From Octopus sinensis (Eukaryota): DNA of 64,000 nucleotides. The stretch is taken from contig NC_042997.1 of NCBI RefSeq assembly GCF_006345805.1, forward strand, positions 75,764,001 through 75,828,000. The letters are read 5' to 3'. Made by a program: the position numbers and the translations under genes. Positions 53,039 to 64,000 of the stretch are shown here, piece after piece. The first letter of the stretch is position 1. Each line of letters begins with the position of its first letter. The notes under the pieces were generated by a model. That model made no database searches and was not told the DNA's origin. It worked only from the letters and a program-made list of their open reading frames with translations.

Positions 53039-53289
53039 GATAGACGGCTTTGTAATCCGGACCACCTCCAGAACAAAGCATTGGAAAATCTCTTACTTTC
53101 TGTTGCCTAGCTTTCCTTCGGCTACCTGATATAATTCTCTGCTACCACCATTTTCGCAGTCTTTGCGGGCCTGTTGCTTCGCTTTTATAGTAGTTTTCTT
53201 CATTGTATCACCGCTTGGCTTGCACTAGTCAGCTGAAGACGTAACTCACGACAGGCAAAGCAGATATGAAGTCCTCAGTTGGTTGTCCT

Positions 53290-53673
53290 ACAAGCTGTGT
53301 CATCTGGAAAAGACTTTCTAACTAGAAAGGGTATGGCCTGGTCAGCCTGTAATGACATGCATAAGATCTGGTCATCAAATCTAAGTAGAGACTTCAAACT
53401 TGAAATATTCAAAGCCACAGTCGAACCAATTCTACTATATGGCTCAGAAACCTGGACGTTATCAAAGAAGCTTGAGAGGCGGTTGGATGGAACCTACACT
53501 CGCCTCCTTATGAGAGCTCAAAATCTCTCGTGGAAGCGCCATCCAACCAAAATGCAAATATATGGGAAATTACCACCTCTCCGTAATGCTATGATGGACC
53601 GTGAAGTCTGGCGTAACATAGTAAATTCCATTGTCTCGACCACGGTCGAACAATAATAATAATAAATAATAAT
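53290..53673 (+). mobile_element. RTE-like LINE 3' fragment with (AAT)n tail
   Basis: KIWSSNLSRDFKLEIFKATVEPILLYGSETWTL...RLDGTYTRLL. Confidence 0.8.
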
Positions 53674-53789
53674 ATGTGTCAGAAGCTTCTGTTAGAATAT
53701 CTCTAAATCTGTAATTTCGATGGGTCTTTGAGTTTCCATACATAATCTCCTTTTCCAGACTAGTTTGTTTCTCTAAGTCCTTCTAGTTA

Positions 53790-55460
53790 CTCTTTCTTTC
53801 TTTCTTTCTCTCTCTCTCTCTCTATGTGATGGCCGTCCACTCGTGACCGAGGAAGACCATTGCTGACCTTTAGGAACATTGTGTGCTCTAGAACTAAATT
53901 TTATTTTGCATTTGCGGCTCCGTTGGTGGCTAATGAACACTGCTCTTGACAAGCACACACAACTGCAAACATTGCAAACCAAGCTTTCCCCATTCACACT
54001 GCGCTTTGGAGCAGCACGCTTAAATTCTTCATGCAGAATACGTGCTCACTCAAAGGTGTCGACCCCCTCTTAAACCAGATTCCTCCATCTGTGGCGATGA
54101 CAGGCATTGCTCTCCCAGTCAGTCATCTGCATATCACAGGCCTTTAATGAGGACTTGACACAGTCCTTAAATCGCAACCTTGGATTCTGCCAGGGTCTTT
54201 CCACTAACAAGTTCTCCATATACCATCTGTCTAAGGATCCTGCTATCCTTCATTCTAATAAGGTGTCCAGTCCAACGTAACCGGTGCTTGTATACCATCA
54301 CCTCAATACTCAAGATATCAGCTTTCCTCAGGACCTGTGTGCCTGGAGTTTTTAAGGTCCAACCAACATTCAGAATGTGTGTCAGACAACTCAAGGACCT
54401 TTACATGACATTTGTAAAGGGTCCATGTCTCACATGAGTAAAGGAGCAATGTCAGTACACATGCACGGTACACAGCAAATTTTGTATGCCTTGTAGTGCT
54501 ATGCTGGGACCAGACACAAGACTGAAGAGACCGCTAGGATGAGTTGCTCTCTGCAGTCTGAAAGATATTTCATCATCTAAGGGAGCAAGAATGGCTGAGA
54601 GTGTGACTTTCAGTATTGTTCCTTCAACCAAGATCGCTGGTTCCACATATGGATTTCCTGGTGCAGGCTGGAACATTACAAGCGTCTTGTCCAGATTATG
54701 CCGAGTCCAAATGCTTTGCAAGAAGCAGAAATACGATTCATAAGTATTTGCATGTAATCCACTGTATGAGTGACTAAGTCACCACGAATAAGAGACTGGA
54801 AAACTTTTGAATTGGCAGCAAATCGGTGCAGATTAAAGATTAAAGAAGATGACATATATTTTCAGAGAGCTAACCTTAGCAAAAGTAGCAGCAAAGTACA
54901 AAGAAAAAAAGAGTTGGGGAAAGGATGTCACCCTGCTTGACGCCATTCTCTTCAGGAATGAGTCCCGCCATGCCACCACAAATATTGACCCAAGTCTCCA
55001 TCCCATCATAAAATGATTTAATTATAGATACAAAGTGATCTGGACATCCAAGTTTGCCAAGTATTTTTCATAGCAAGGCCCTATTCACGGTATCAATCCA
55101 TATTCTGCACTTCTCCTGCATCTGTCTTACTGTGAAAATCATATCCATTGTCCCTCTAGCAGATCAGAAGCCACATTGAGATTCAGATAGGACATCGTGT
55201 ATGAGTCACCCATTTAGGGGGGGGGGGAAGAATATTTGCCAGAACCTTGCCAGCAGCTGATAGTAGAGAAATACCACACATTATTCTGGTTCCTTTTCCT
55301 TTATAGAGAAGAAGAATAATTGCATCCTTCCAGTCCTTAGGCATTGCACTATCCCTCCAGACTACACTAATAAGTTTATGAAGGAACTGTATGATGTAAT
55401 CACCACCAAATCGCAAGACCTCAGCACAAATTCCATCCCGTCCATGTGCCTTAACCAAGA
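53790..55460 (-). mobile_element. Decayed RTE-clade LINE, 5'-truncated, GA-rich tail
   Basis: GRDGICAEV, PKDWKDAIILLLYKGKG, RLRWTGHLIRMKDSR, C-terminal CNVC..C...H. Confidence 0.82.
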
Positions 55461-55679
55461 TTCAATTTACTTATAATATATATATTCCTTTTTGAGACAG
55501 TGCTCTTCAAGGAATCTCATTTCCATTAGCTTGAGTGCCTCTGCTAACAACATCAATGTAATTGAGTGGTTGTTATCCTCCACTTGGTTGTAGAATTCTC
55601 CAAAATATGTGATATGGCCTGTTGTTCACAACAGTTGCAGTGGTCAGTTATAACGCAATAAAAGATAATAAGAAATGGA

Positions 55680-55900
55680 ATGAAGAACAACGCCTTGAAA
55701 ACGAAGGTCCTCTCAGCCAACATAGTGACCTTCCTCAAGGTCACTATTCATCTTGATGGAGAGGCTGTGGAAGAAGTTAAGGAGTTCAAATATCTCAGAT
55801 CCACCCATACCATCACTGGCTGGGGAAGAATGAGGTCGTCATTCAGATCAATCACGCATGGTCAGCCATCTGCCGCCTCAATAAGTGCTTGTTTGAATGG
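55680..55900 (+). mobile_element. RTE/L2-like RT fragment
   Basis: IHLDGEAVEEVKEFKYL.S motif. Confidence 0.55.
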
Positions 55901-55929
55901 TTCTCCTCTTTGGTTGTGAGACCTAGCCA

Positions 55930-57000
55930 AACATTACAGGCACTCATGGCTATATCCCTATATCTTACTTTCTGTCGACAACGTAAGATTCAAGGTAAGA
56001 TATGTTTCTGACTGCTTTGTGCCATTATTGGAATAAACTGGAATGTGGTTTTCAGCTTCATTGACGGTCACGTATTCAGTCTTCTTTGCAACTAGAAACA
56101 AACCAGTTTTGGCTACAGCATGCCCATCAAACAGTTATTAAGTTGTAAGGGCAGGATTATCAACAAAGTCAACTTTAGAGAAATGGGGGCTAAAATTTTG
56201 TCTAGGGATATCATCCACTACAATCACAAAAAAAGAAAATGTGCTAGGGTGCTAGGCTGTTGCTGAAAAAATCTTTAGTTGGGCCATTTATGTCATTTAA
56301 GTCTAATGGGTTTTTGTATTTGACAGAGATTGCTTTGACAATCTCGTCAACACTTTCAAATATCTTGCAGAAATTCACAAATATGATTGATACGTTTTGC
56401 CTGGGGTTGCTAAACTTTTCAATAAATTTTCTAAGAACATAGATCTGTGTTTATGTTGAACTACCTTTACAGAAGTGTTTTGGTTCCATTTAGGATGGGA
56501 TCAATGTGACGGGGGACTGTATTAAGGGTACACAGAGTTGTGAAATTCTTCTGTGGTCCTGTGGAAGGTGGAACAGAATGCTGGTTGGTTTGTTTCCTTT
56601 GTAAGTCTCTCTACAGAAGTCCAACAGATGTTTGTTGAAGAGTTGACATATTCATATGGATGATTGAGATATTATCTGGAACCTTTTTAGGCATTTTGAA
56701 GCTCTTCTATGGCATCTGGGCCAGACTATTTTCTACTCTGTGGGTGAAGAAAGAATAATTATCAATTGTCAAGTTCTGTAGCTCTGCGTTAATAAGTAGC
56801 TATCTAAATCAGGCATCTAAATATTGTCAGTGGTTTTTCCCAAAGTGAGAGTCAATGGTGAAGCTCGCTGGTTGATAAGATTCACAGGTGACAAGAAACT
56901 TGTTCTCATCATGAAGGGTGTGCTTCTAATGCCATCATCAGCCAAGTAAAGGCTCATTTCATTAATACTAATGTTACTTGAGCTTGAAATTCTTGTCTTC
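55930..57000 (-). mobile_element. Highly decayed LINE RT fragment
   Basis: Weak minus-strand remnants (GPDAI, EIVKAI, LAPFLF.IVVD, AKTGL, KTEY); frame broken throughout. Confidence 0.35.
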
Positions 57001-57314
57001 AAACCATGTAGTGTATTTAATTTTTTGTCTAAAGGTGGAAAAATTATTTGTGTATGTTTATCATTATTATTATGTTATGGTTGTTCTGCTTTTTGTTTAA
57101 GTTTGCTTGTAAGAGACCAACAATTTTGGAGGCTAAAGGTATACCAGGAATACAAATCAAGCAAAGGCTTTCAGCACAATAGGAACAGTGTTTTGCTACT
57201 GGTTACAATTGATTTGAAAATTTTAAAAAATGAACACATAGAAGCACACAGCTGCATCCATGAAATCTGAGGCATGGTTGAAAAGACAAGTAGCAATTAA
57301 TATGAAAATGAGTC

Positions 57315-57728
57315 ATGTTTGAACAGACCCTACTGTGATTTTTTAACCCCAAAAGGACATCTGTAGCTAGTTAACAATTCAGAGCTGCATTTGGTAAATT
57401 ATGAGCAGGGGAGCGAAACCCTACCACCGAGAGACAGGACAAACAGATCAGATCTGGTTTTGGGCTATTTCTGCCACCCTTTGGTACTAGAAACCTGGTC
57501 TGCTAGATATGGCAGTAGCTCACCTCTGCTCTCAATAATCTCTCTTAAGAGTTCAACGTAGTAGTTGTACTGACAAGTACTGCATCTGTACTACAACTAC
57601 TGTGTTAGTCTGTTAGAGAGATTTTAGAATTAGCATTTTTGCTTGTTGCAAAATCAACGACAGTGTGTCTGCTTGAAATATATATATTGCGAACAGAGGC
57701 AAGCTATTGCCATCTCTAGCAGACGAGG
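57315..57728. mobile_element. Inverted-repeat, hammerhead-bearing element (Penelope pLTR/retrozyme-like), left part
   Basis: 57315-57540 is the diverged reverse complement of 57685-57728 plus 62705-62830; 57590-57643 is directly repeated at 62871-62923. Confidence 0.65.
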
Positions 57729-57988
57729 CTTCTGTGACACGTCGTTTTTTTTTTCATTTTGCTACCCAACGTTATGTGAGTTCGTTTCTGTCTGTCTCTT
57801 GTACATTTGTGTTATTGTTATATACTTTACATGAACTTGAACTGTTGTCTTTTGGTAAACAGTAATTTTTGCTCTATGGGGCAGAAAATTTCTGATAATT
57901 TTCATAATTTTTGTGAAAATTATCAGAATTGTTAACCTTTACAGGTTATTTTCTAAAACTTTTTCTTGTCATTTGTGACAAGTTTCAA

Positions 57989-59312
57989 TATGAAATTTAA
58001 CCTTGCATTAAAAAAGGATTTTCCCAAGCTGGGAGAAGGAAATTCAAGTGTAAATCAACAGGATACTAGGGAAAAACAGAGTTTTTCAGCCGCCAAGGGA
58101 AGAAACATTACTGAACTTGAAGTAGCAATGGATCAACTATTCAAGTTTAGAAATTTAATTTTAAAAAGTGGAGAGGAGACCAAGTTGGTGCTTCCCCTTG
58201 AGACAGTACATGCCACAAAGGAAAAAATAGTTATGTACAAGGTCTACAACATCAAAGAAAAGAGGATAATGGAAGTAAAAAAATGAAGCAGTGGAAAAGT
58301 GCATGGCGCCTATCTGGAACAAAGTACGCCACATTAGCCAAGGAGTAAGAAGTGTCACAATTGAAGCACATTTCGAGTCAGCTAGCATAGCCAAGGAGGT
58401 GTCTACACAAATGCTGAAGAATGAGGAGATAATGCTGCTGCCCACTTACTTGGGTCGCAGGACCACAAAGGTGACAATATAAAAGTTCCCAGTAGCGTAT
58501 GAGGTAATGTGGGTAGCGGCTCCAGTAGTGTATGACGTGGAGGAGAAAATTACAATCCTGTAAATGAGGAAAAAGGAACCAGTTAACTGGAGAGGACACT
58601 CTTTAGAAATGGTCATTCAAGCGGACAATGTGACACTTGAAAATTTGCCTGATAGGGTGCTTGTAAGGGAGGGGAATACAATTCATGTGTCAGTAGAGGG
58701 ACATAAGCCCAGATGCTTTAAGTGCGGGCAGAAGGGCCATGTTCACTTGACATGTACAAAGAAAAAAGGAAATGAAGCCCCTCCTCAAAACACAGAGAAA
58801 GAGGAAGGACAAGCTGGAATAATACCAACAAAAGGCAAAAATGAAAAAAAAAAAACGAAAGAAAATACATAAGAGGAAACAGAAGAGATGGAGTTTACCC
58901 AGGTAACTCACAAAAGGAAAAAAACAAACACCCTGGACTCCCCACCCCAAACAAAAAAAAAACTACAAATGAACAACACAAAAAATTCCCCAGTCCCACC
59001 TTGCTGGCACTACGTTAGTTGGACAATGGTTTGCCAAACCCTTCACCCTAAACTTAAAAGGTTTTTTTAAAAAAATGACAAAATCATCTCTTTTAATGAG
59101 AAAAATGAGAAGGTTTTGCGGTACATAAAAGTACAACCAAAAATTAATTTTTTTAGCAAAACGGCAGACAATAAGTTTGACGTTCGCTATGCAAAAGTTG
59201 GAGAGGAGGAATGGAAGGAGAAAATCCTTCAAGAACATTTAAAGGACAACGCAATAAAAAATGTTACCCTAGTGGGTAAACTAATTATTAGCCTGGCAGC
59301 CACACCAACCTA
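57989..59312 (+). pseudogene. Tx1-like ORF1 remnant (zinc knuckle)
   Basis: VEGHKPRCFKCGQKGHVHLTC (CX2CX4HX4C); several stops and frameshifts. Confidence 0.75.
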
Positions 59313-59433
59313 AAGCCTGGTGGTAAAGCCAGTGAAAAGCCCAGCAGCTATGGGGAGTGTCGAGGAAGCAGGCAGACAAAAACTGTCATGCTCTCTCTCT
59401 CTCAACCGTAAGTAAAATATTTTTCTTCCATTG

Positions 59434-62400
59434 ATGATTAAGTTAGGCTGTGTGAAAGTGCGTGGAATGGGGTCGAAATGGAAACAGGCTTGTTTCCTGC
59501 ACGACCTCAGGACACATGGAATAGATGTGGCTATTGTAACTTAGTCCAAGATGAGCGAACCTCAAGCGTTCTCGCCTCTTCTGAATGGTTATGAGAAATT
59601 TATTTCTCCTGGCTGGAGGAGAGGGCGTGGCAGGAAGAGCTTGGACTTACAGGTAAGTTCTGTCTTTCTGGACCCAGAAGGTAGTCTGGTCGTCCTGGTT
59701 GTGACCCACGTGAGTAAGCAGTCCTTTAGATTGCTAGTTGTCTATGCTCCTAACGAGCATGGGTAGTCGGGTTTTTTTCTGAGACCTGGAGCACTTTCTA
59801 GTGATGTCAGAAACGGAAGTTCTGGTTGGGGATTTTAACACTATCCTTGATGTACGGGTGTATGGTGTTGGCTCAACTGATAGGAAAGGGAATCCTAGCC
59901 TCAAGAGTCTACTAGACAGCTTTAATCTAGTAGACCGTTACCGACTGGATGAGCCCAGCATTCCACAGTGGATGTGGAGTAACAATGACGGCTCACGCAG
60001 ATGGTACATAGATAGGGTATTCGTTAGGGAAAGAGATAAGAATACCTTTAGTTGTCCACAATTTTGTATTGCGCCTTACATGGATCACAAACTTGTGATG
60101 TGTGAGGTACATATAGATAAATGTTATAGACAGGGACCCGGATACTGGAAGATGAACGAGTCTATTGTGGCCTTTTGTACCTGGATTAAGGTGTTAGTAC
60201 AGAGGGCATTATGTGACACCATCATTAGTAATAGATGGTGGCACGCCCTTAAAAGAGCCATCCATTTGGAGTCCATTAGATTTAGCAAGCAGCTAAGTTA
60301 AGATAGGACTAGTATAGAGGGCGATTTAGTTAAGAACTTAGATGAGCCAATGGAATCTGGCTCTGCATCTAGAGTGTAGGCAGTGAGAACTGTCTTGTAC
60401 CGTTACCTCAACTCTAAGCATGAAGGCTGCAAAGTTAGAGCTAAAAAGGCCTTTATAAAGTCTTTAATGGATGATTAGGGGTGCAAGATCTATGGACAGA
60501 AGGATATGCAGAAAGTCTTACACCAGCATTTCGCACGGTTGTTCAGGGAGGGCAGCTCGCTTGAGCGTGAGGAGGCCTTAAAGGACTTCCTAGCTGGTGT
60601 GCTGCAACTCTTGGCTTGTGAGGCAGAGTGCTGTGAAGGACCGATTACTCCCATGGAAGTTAAAGAGGTGCTGGCTGAGTGCGCCGGGGAAAAGTCGCCA
60701 GGGCTGGATGGTCTGCCCTATGAGTTTTGTCGTTGTATGCCGGATTCATTCGGGGATATACTGGCAGGCGTCTATACAAAGTGGCAGCAGAATGGGAGGA
60801 TTCCCAGTTCTGTGAGCTGGGGAGTGGTGACGCTGGTCTAGAAAGATCTGAGCAAGGGGGATAGTATTAGCAATTACAGGCCCATAACTCTACTTAATGT
60901 AGAGTTAAAGATTTTGGCCAAGGTGTTAGCGAAAATGTTGACGGTTGTCGTGGAGAAACTTGTAGGGAAGACACAGACATGTGCGATCCCAGGTAGGTCA
61001 ATCCAGGATAATCTTCACCTTATCCGCTACACCTTAGACAGGATTGGGAAATTAGCCGGTAAAGGTAGGGCAATGATCCATTTAGACCAAAGTAAAGCAT
61101 TTGATAGGGTAGACCATTGGTACCTAGTGGCGGTCCTTGAAGCGGCTGGACTGGGCCCGGGCTTTGGCAGGTGGATCTCTGCTATGTATAGCGGCATCAA
61201 GTCCACAGTCCAGATAAATGGTTACCTGATGGAACTGTTTTCGATCAAGCGCTCAGTTCGTCAAGGGTGTCCCTTGTCTCTGCTTCTGTACGGCTTGCGT
61301 CTTGGCACCTGGAAGAGCAAGTCGATATCGTCCAGTGTTGTGGGTCACTGGACAGATGGTCCTATTAAGTTACTTTGAGTGTGGTTTGGTTCAGACTCTC
61401 AGAAGGTTGAAGAATTGGAGTGAGATGGCAGACAATGCAGAGGCCGTAGTATGTAGTTCTGTCCTTGAAAGAAAGGGCGGAGGTGGTACAGGTGTTTATT
61501 GCATCTGTAATCATTTACCACCTGACCGTTGTCCCTTGTCCCGATTCGTGGCTAAACAAGTTGGAACGACTCCTTTTCCCCTTTTTGTGGAAGGGAGGAA
61601 AGCCACTTGTAAGGCAGTCCATTTGCTGCCAGGAACCGTTGAAGGGTGGGCTAGAAATGCTTTGGCTAATGATGTGCAGACATGCGTTGAGGCTAAGACA
61701 TCTGTGGCGCCACCTGGAAGGTGATAAGGTGTGGAGACCACTCGCAGACTCCACAGACATAAAAAGATGGAATCCAACTTTATGGCAGAAGGAGTGCCGA
61801 CAGGCACTCTCACTGATCCACAAGATGGGCAAGGCCAGCAGCGGGAATACCACCTCGGTGTTCTATAGAGTGCTGGTAGAGGCTAAAGATGATGATGACC
61901 TAGGAGGGGCTCTGGGATTTGATGAGAACCAACTTGCCAACCTGTTTAAAAAGACTTTCAGGCCAGGGTACTTGGACAATTACCAAATATCCCTGACCTA
62001 GCAGTACTACAGGAACACTTTACCTGTTCGCGATAAGTTATCTAGGCACAGAATGTCAGTGCCACCAACATGTCCAAGATATGGGCTGGACGATGAAACC
62101 GTCCAGCACACTTTTGTACAATGTTGGGAGCTGTCAAGCTTGATAAGTTACGTAGAACACGTATTGTCGCATCTGGGACGAGTACAGCTGTCAGCTGGAT
62201 CTATAATAAAGATGGTACCGCCAACTGGACTCTCAAACGAAGGTGAGGCATGTTTTTACTGTACAGTGGTAGTATTGAAAGAGTGCGTATGGCGAACTAG
62301 AATGGAAGGTTTTGTGACAGGGTCCTTCGTCTCTGGCCCGAGATTGATAACCTATTTCAGATACCATCTGAAGAGCAAGATGGGGTTAGAGAGGAAGACC

Positions 62401-62472
62401 CTGCCGCAGAGAGCGTATGAGAAACGTTGGAAGGATGTAATAAGAAAGGTGGGTGTCAGTAACCCAGCTTAA
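59434..62472 (+). pseudogene. Tx1-like ORF2 remnant (APE endonuclease, RT, zinc finger)
   Basis: VYAPN, LVGDFN, IDRVF, MDH, GPGYWKMN, KSPGLDGL, NYRPITLLN, LDQSKAFDRVDH, VRQGCPLS; YADD segment missing near 61300; CP...ETVQH.F..C. Confidence 0.88.
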
Positions 62473-62705
62473 TCATCAATGAAGGAAAAAAAAATAGTTG
62501 CCGGGTCTTACAGGCTGCTGGGTATATAGTTTGAACTTGTTTGATTTATCTTTTCTTAAAAAAAAAGGATACCAGGAAAGTCATTAAATTTTTAATATTC
62601 ATTTGAACTCATCTTAACATTTTTGCATTTGTTTCATCCTGTAATGTCCCATCTGTGTATTGATTGTATAATCATAATAAAGAATCTATCTCTAGCAGAC
62701 GAGGT

Positions 62706-62760
62706 GTCCAGTACTGAAGAGTGGCAGAAATAGTCCGAAACCAGGTCTAGTCAACTGGTC
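62706..62760 (+). ncRNA. Type I hammerhead ribozyme motif
   Basis: ccag-ta CTGAAGA g-tggc-agaaata-gtc-c GAAA c-cag-GTC ta-gtcaa-ctgg; core intact, minimal stem III, predicted cut after 62747. Confidence 0.7.
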
Positions 62761-63149
62761 CTGCAGCTAGGGTTAACCAGCTAGAGATGTCCTCTTGGGG
62801 TTAAAAAATCGTAGTCGAGTCTGTTTGAACAAACAGCCATGTTGAAGTGGCTTTGAATATTACTTGTCAGTACAACTACTGTGTTGATCTATTAGAGAGA
62901 TTTTAGAACTAGCATTTTTGCTTAGTCATTGCTGTACCTATGAAATCATTCACTACAGACTTGACATTAGTAAAATTTATCCAAGATAGGTATCCCAAAC
63001 AACTCTCAGAATTACAAAAACAAATTCATTTTGGTATCTGTCAACAACTGTTGGATTTCTATGGTAACATAGAAAGAAATTGTGGAAAGAAATTGTGACT
63101 AGTGATGATGCATATAAGTGTGTTACAAATAATTAATTTGACTCACCTA

Positions 63150-63270
<121 letters not shown>

Positions 63271-64000
63271 ACTGATTTCCACATATATTTGTTCATAGAG
63301 AGACAATAGTTCAACTGGTGGCAATAATTATTAGAGAAACTGTAGCATCTTTTTTATTTGAGCATTCTTAAAATCCGATAATGATATTTTACATTAAATT
63401 CTCTTCAAAAATTATTCTTATATAATTTCACTTTTTGTGAGGAAGAAATCATATTACATTTGTATGAATATGTTAAACAGATACATAATTAGAGTTACAA
63501 CTGAAAATTGGTTATACTTAAAAGAATATTGAATAAAGTTATCTCTTGCATACTTTTTAATACAGTACTACTTAGAGAACTAACCTGGAAAGTATACCCG
63601 TAAACATTAAAATTAAACAGATACAAATTTTGGTTAAAGAACTTAAGTAATATTAATGATTTTGCAAGTAACTTTTGAATTAGAATTTAGAAACAGATTA
63701 TTTCCCTAACATTTCTTTTCATACATAAGACTATCAAAATAAGAAAAAGCTTACACGCATTTAATTAACTAAAAACAAATTAAGAAAGAACCCCTCTAGC
63801 CATGAAAAAAAAAATCATTCATAGATTCAATATATACATGTTAAGACTATACTGAAAACTACATAGATAATTTGATCATAACAATTAGTGCTTGATGTAA
63901 AACGATAATCTGGAGTCATAATTTAACAAAAGTTTCAATATTTTAGAGAAATTATAAATCTTCAAACACGATTTACACATGAATAAAAAAAATTTTTTAA

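Larger units (their letters stand above)
57729..62687 (+). mobile_element. L1/Tx1-like LINE with both ends, decayed, 17-bp TSD
   Basis: TSD ATCTCTAGCAGACGAGG at 57712-57728 and 62688-62704; ORF1 and ORF2 remnants; AATAAA at 62676. Confidence 0.9.

Overview
Left end of an animal chromosome, most likely a cephalopod (Octopus-like; inferred from the SINE type and the very long GC-rich rRNA expansion segments). 1-11.2 kb is a degenerate (CCCTAA)n telomeric array with duplicated variant blocks. 11.2-35 kb is an AT-rich subtelomere of inverted and ~5-kb tandem duplications carrying inverted interstitial TTAGGG tracts, orphan cbEGF and death-domain exon fragments, decayed Dong/R4-like LINEs and SINEs. 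35.4-51.3 kb is a broken rDNA unit (partial 28S, IGS with duplicated Pol I promoters, 5'ETS, 3'-truncated 18S). It holds a dead R2 retrotransposon at the canonical 28S site, whose 5' junction is inverted, and a partial second copy of that R2 at an ectopic 28S position. 51.3-64 kb holds a deleted Gypsy LTR element, RTE fragments and an end-to-end L1/Tx1-like LINE with a 17-bp TSD inserted just 5' of a hammerhead ribozyme motif. No intact protein-coding gene is supported. Main leads: an HDV-like ribozyme fold with a ~620-nt insertion that appears only after undoing the R2 inversion, degenerate copies of the R2 target region in the IGS, and the Tx1/hammerhead insertion.
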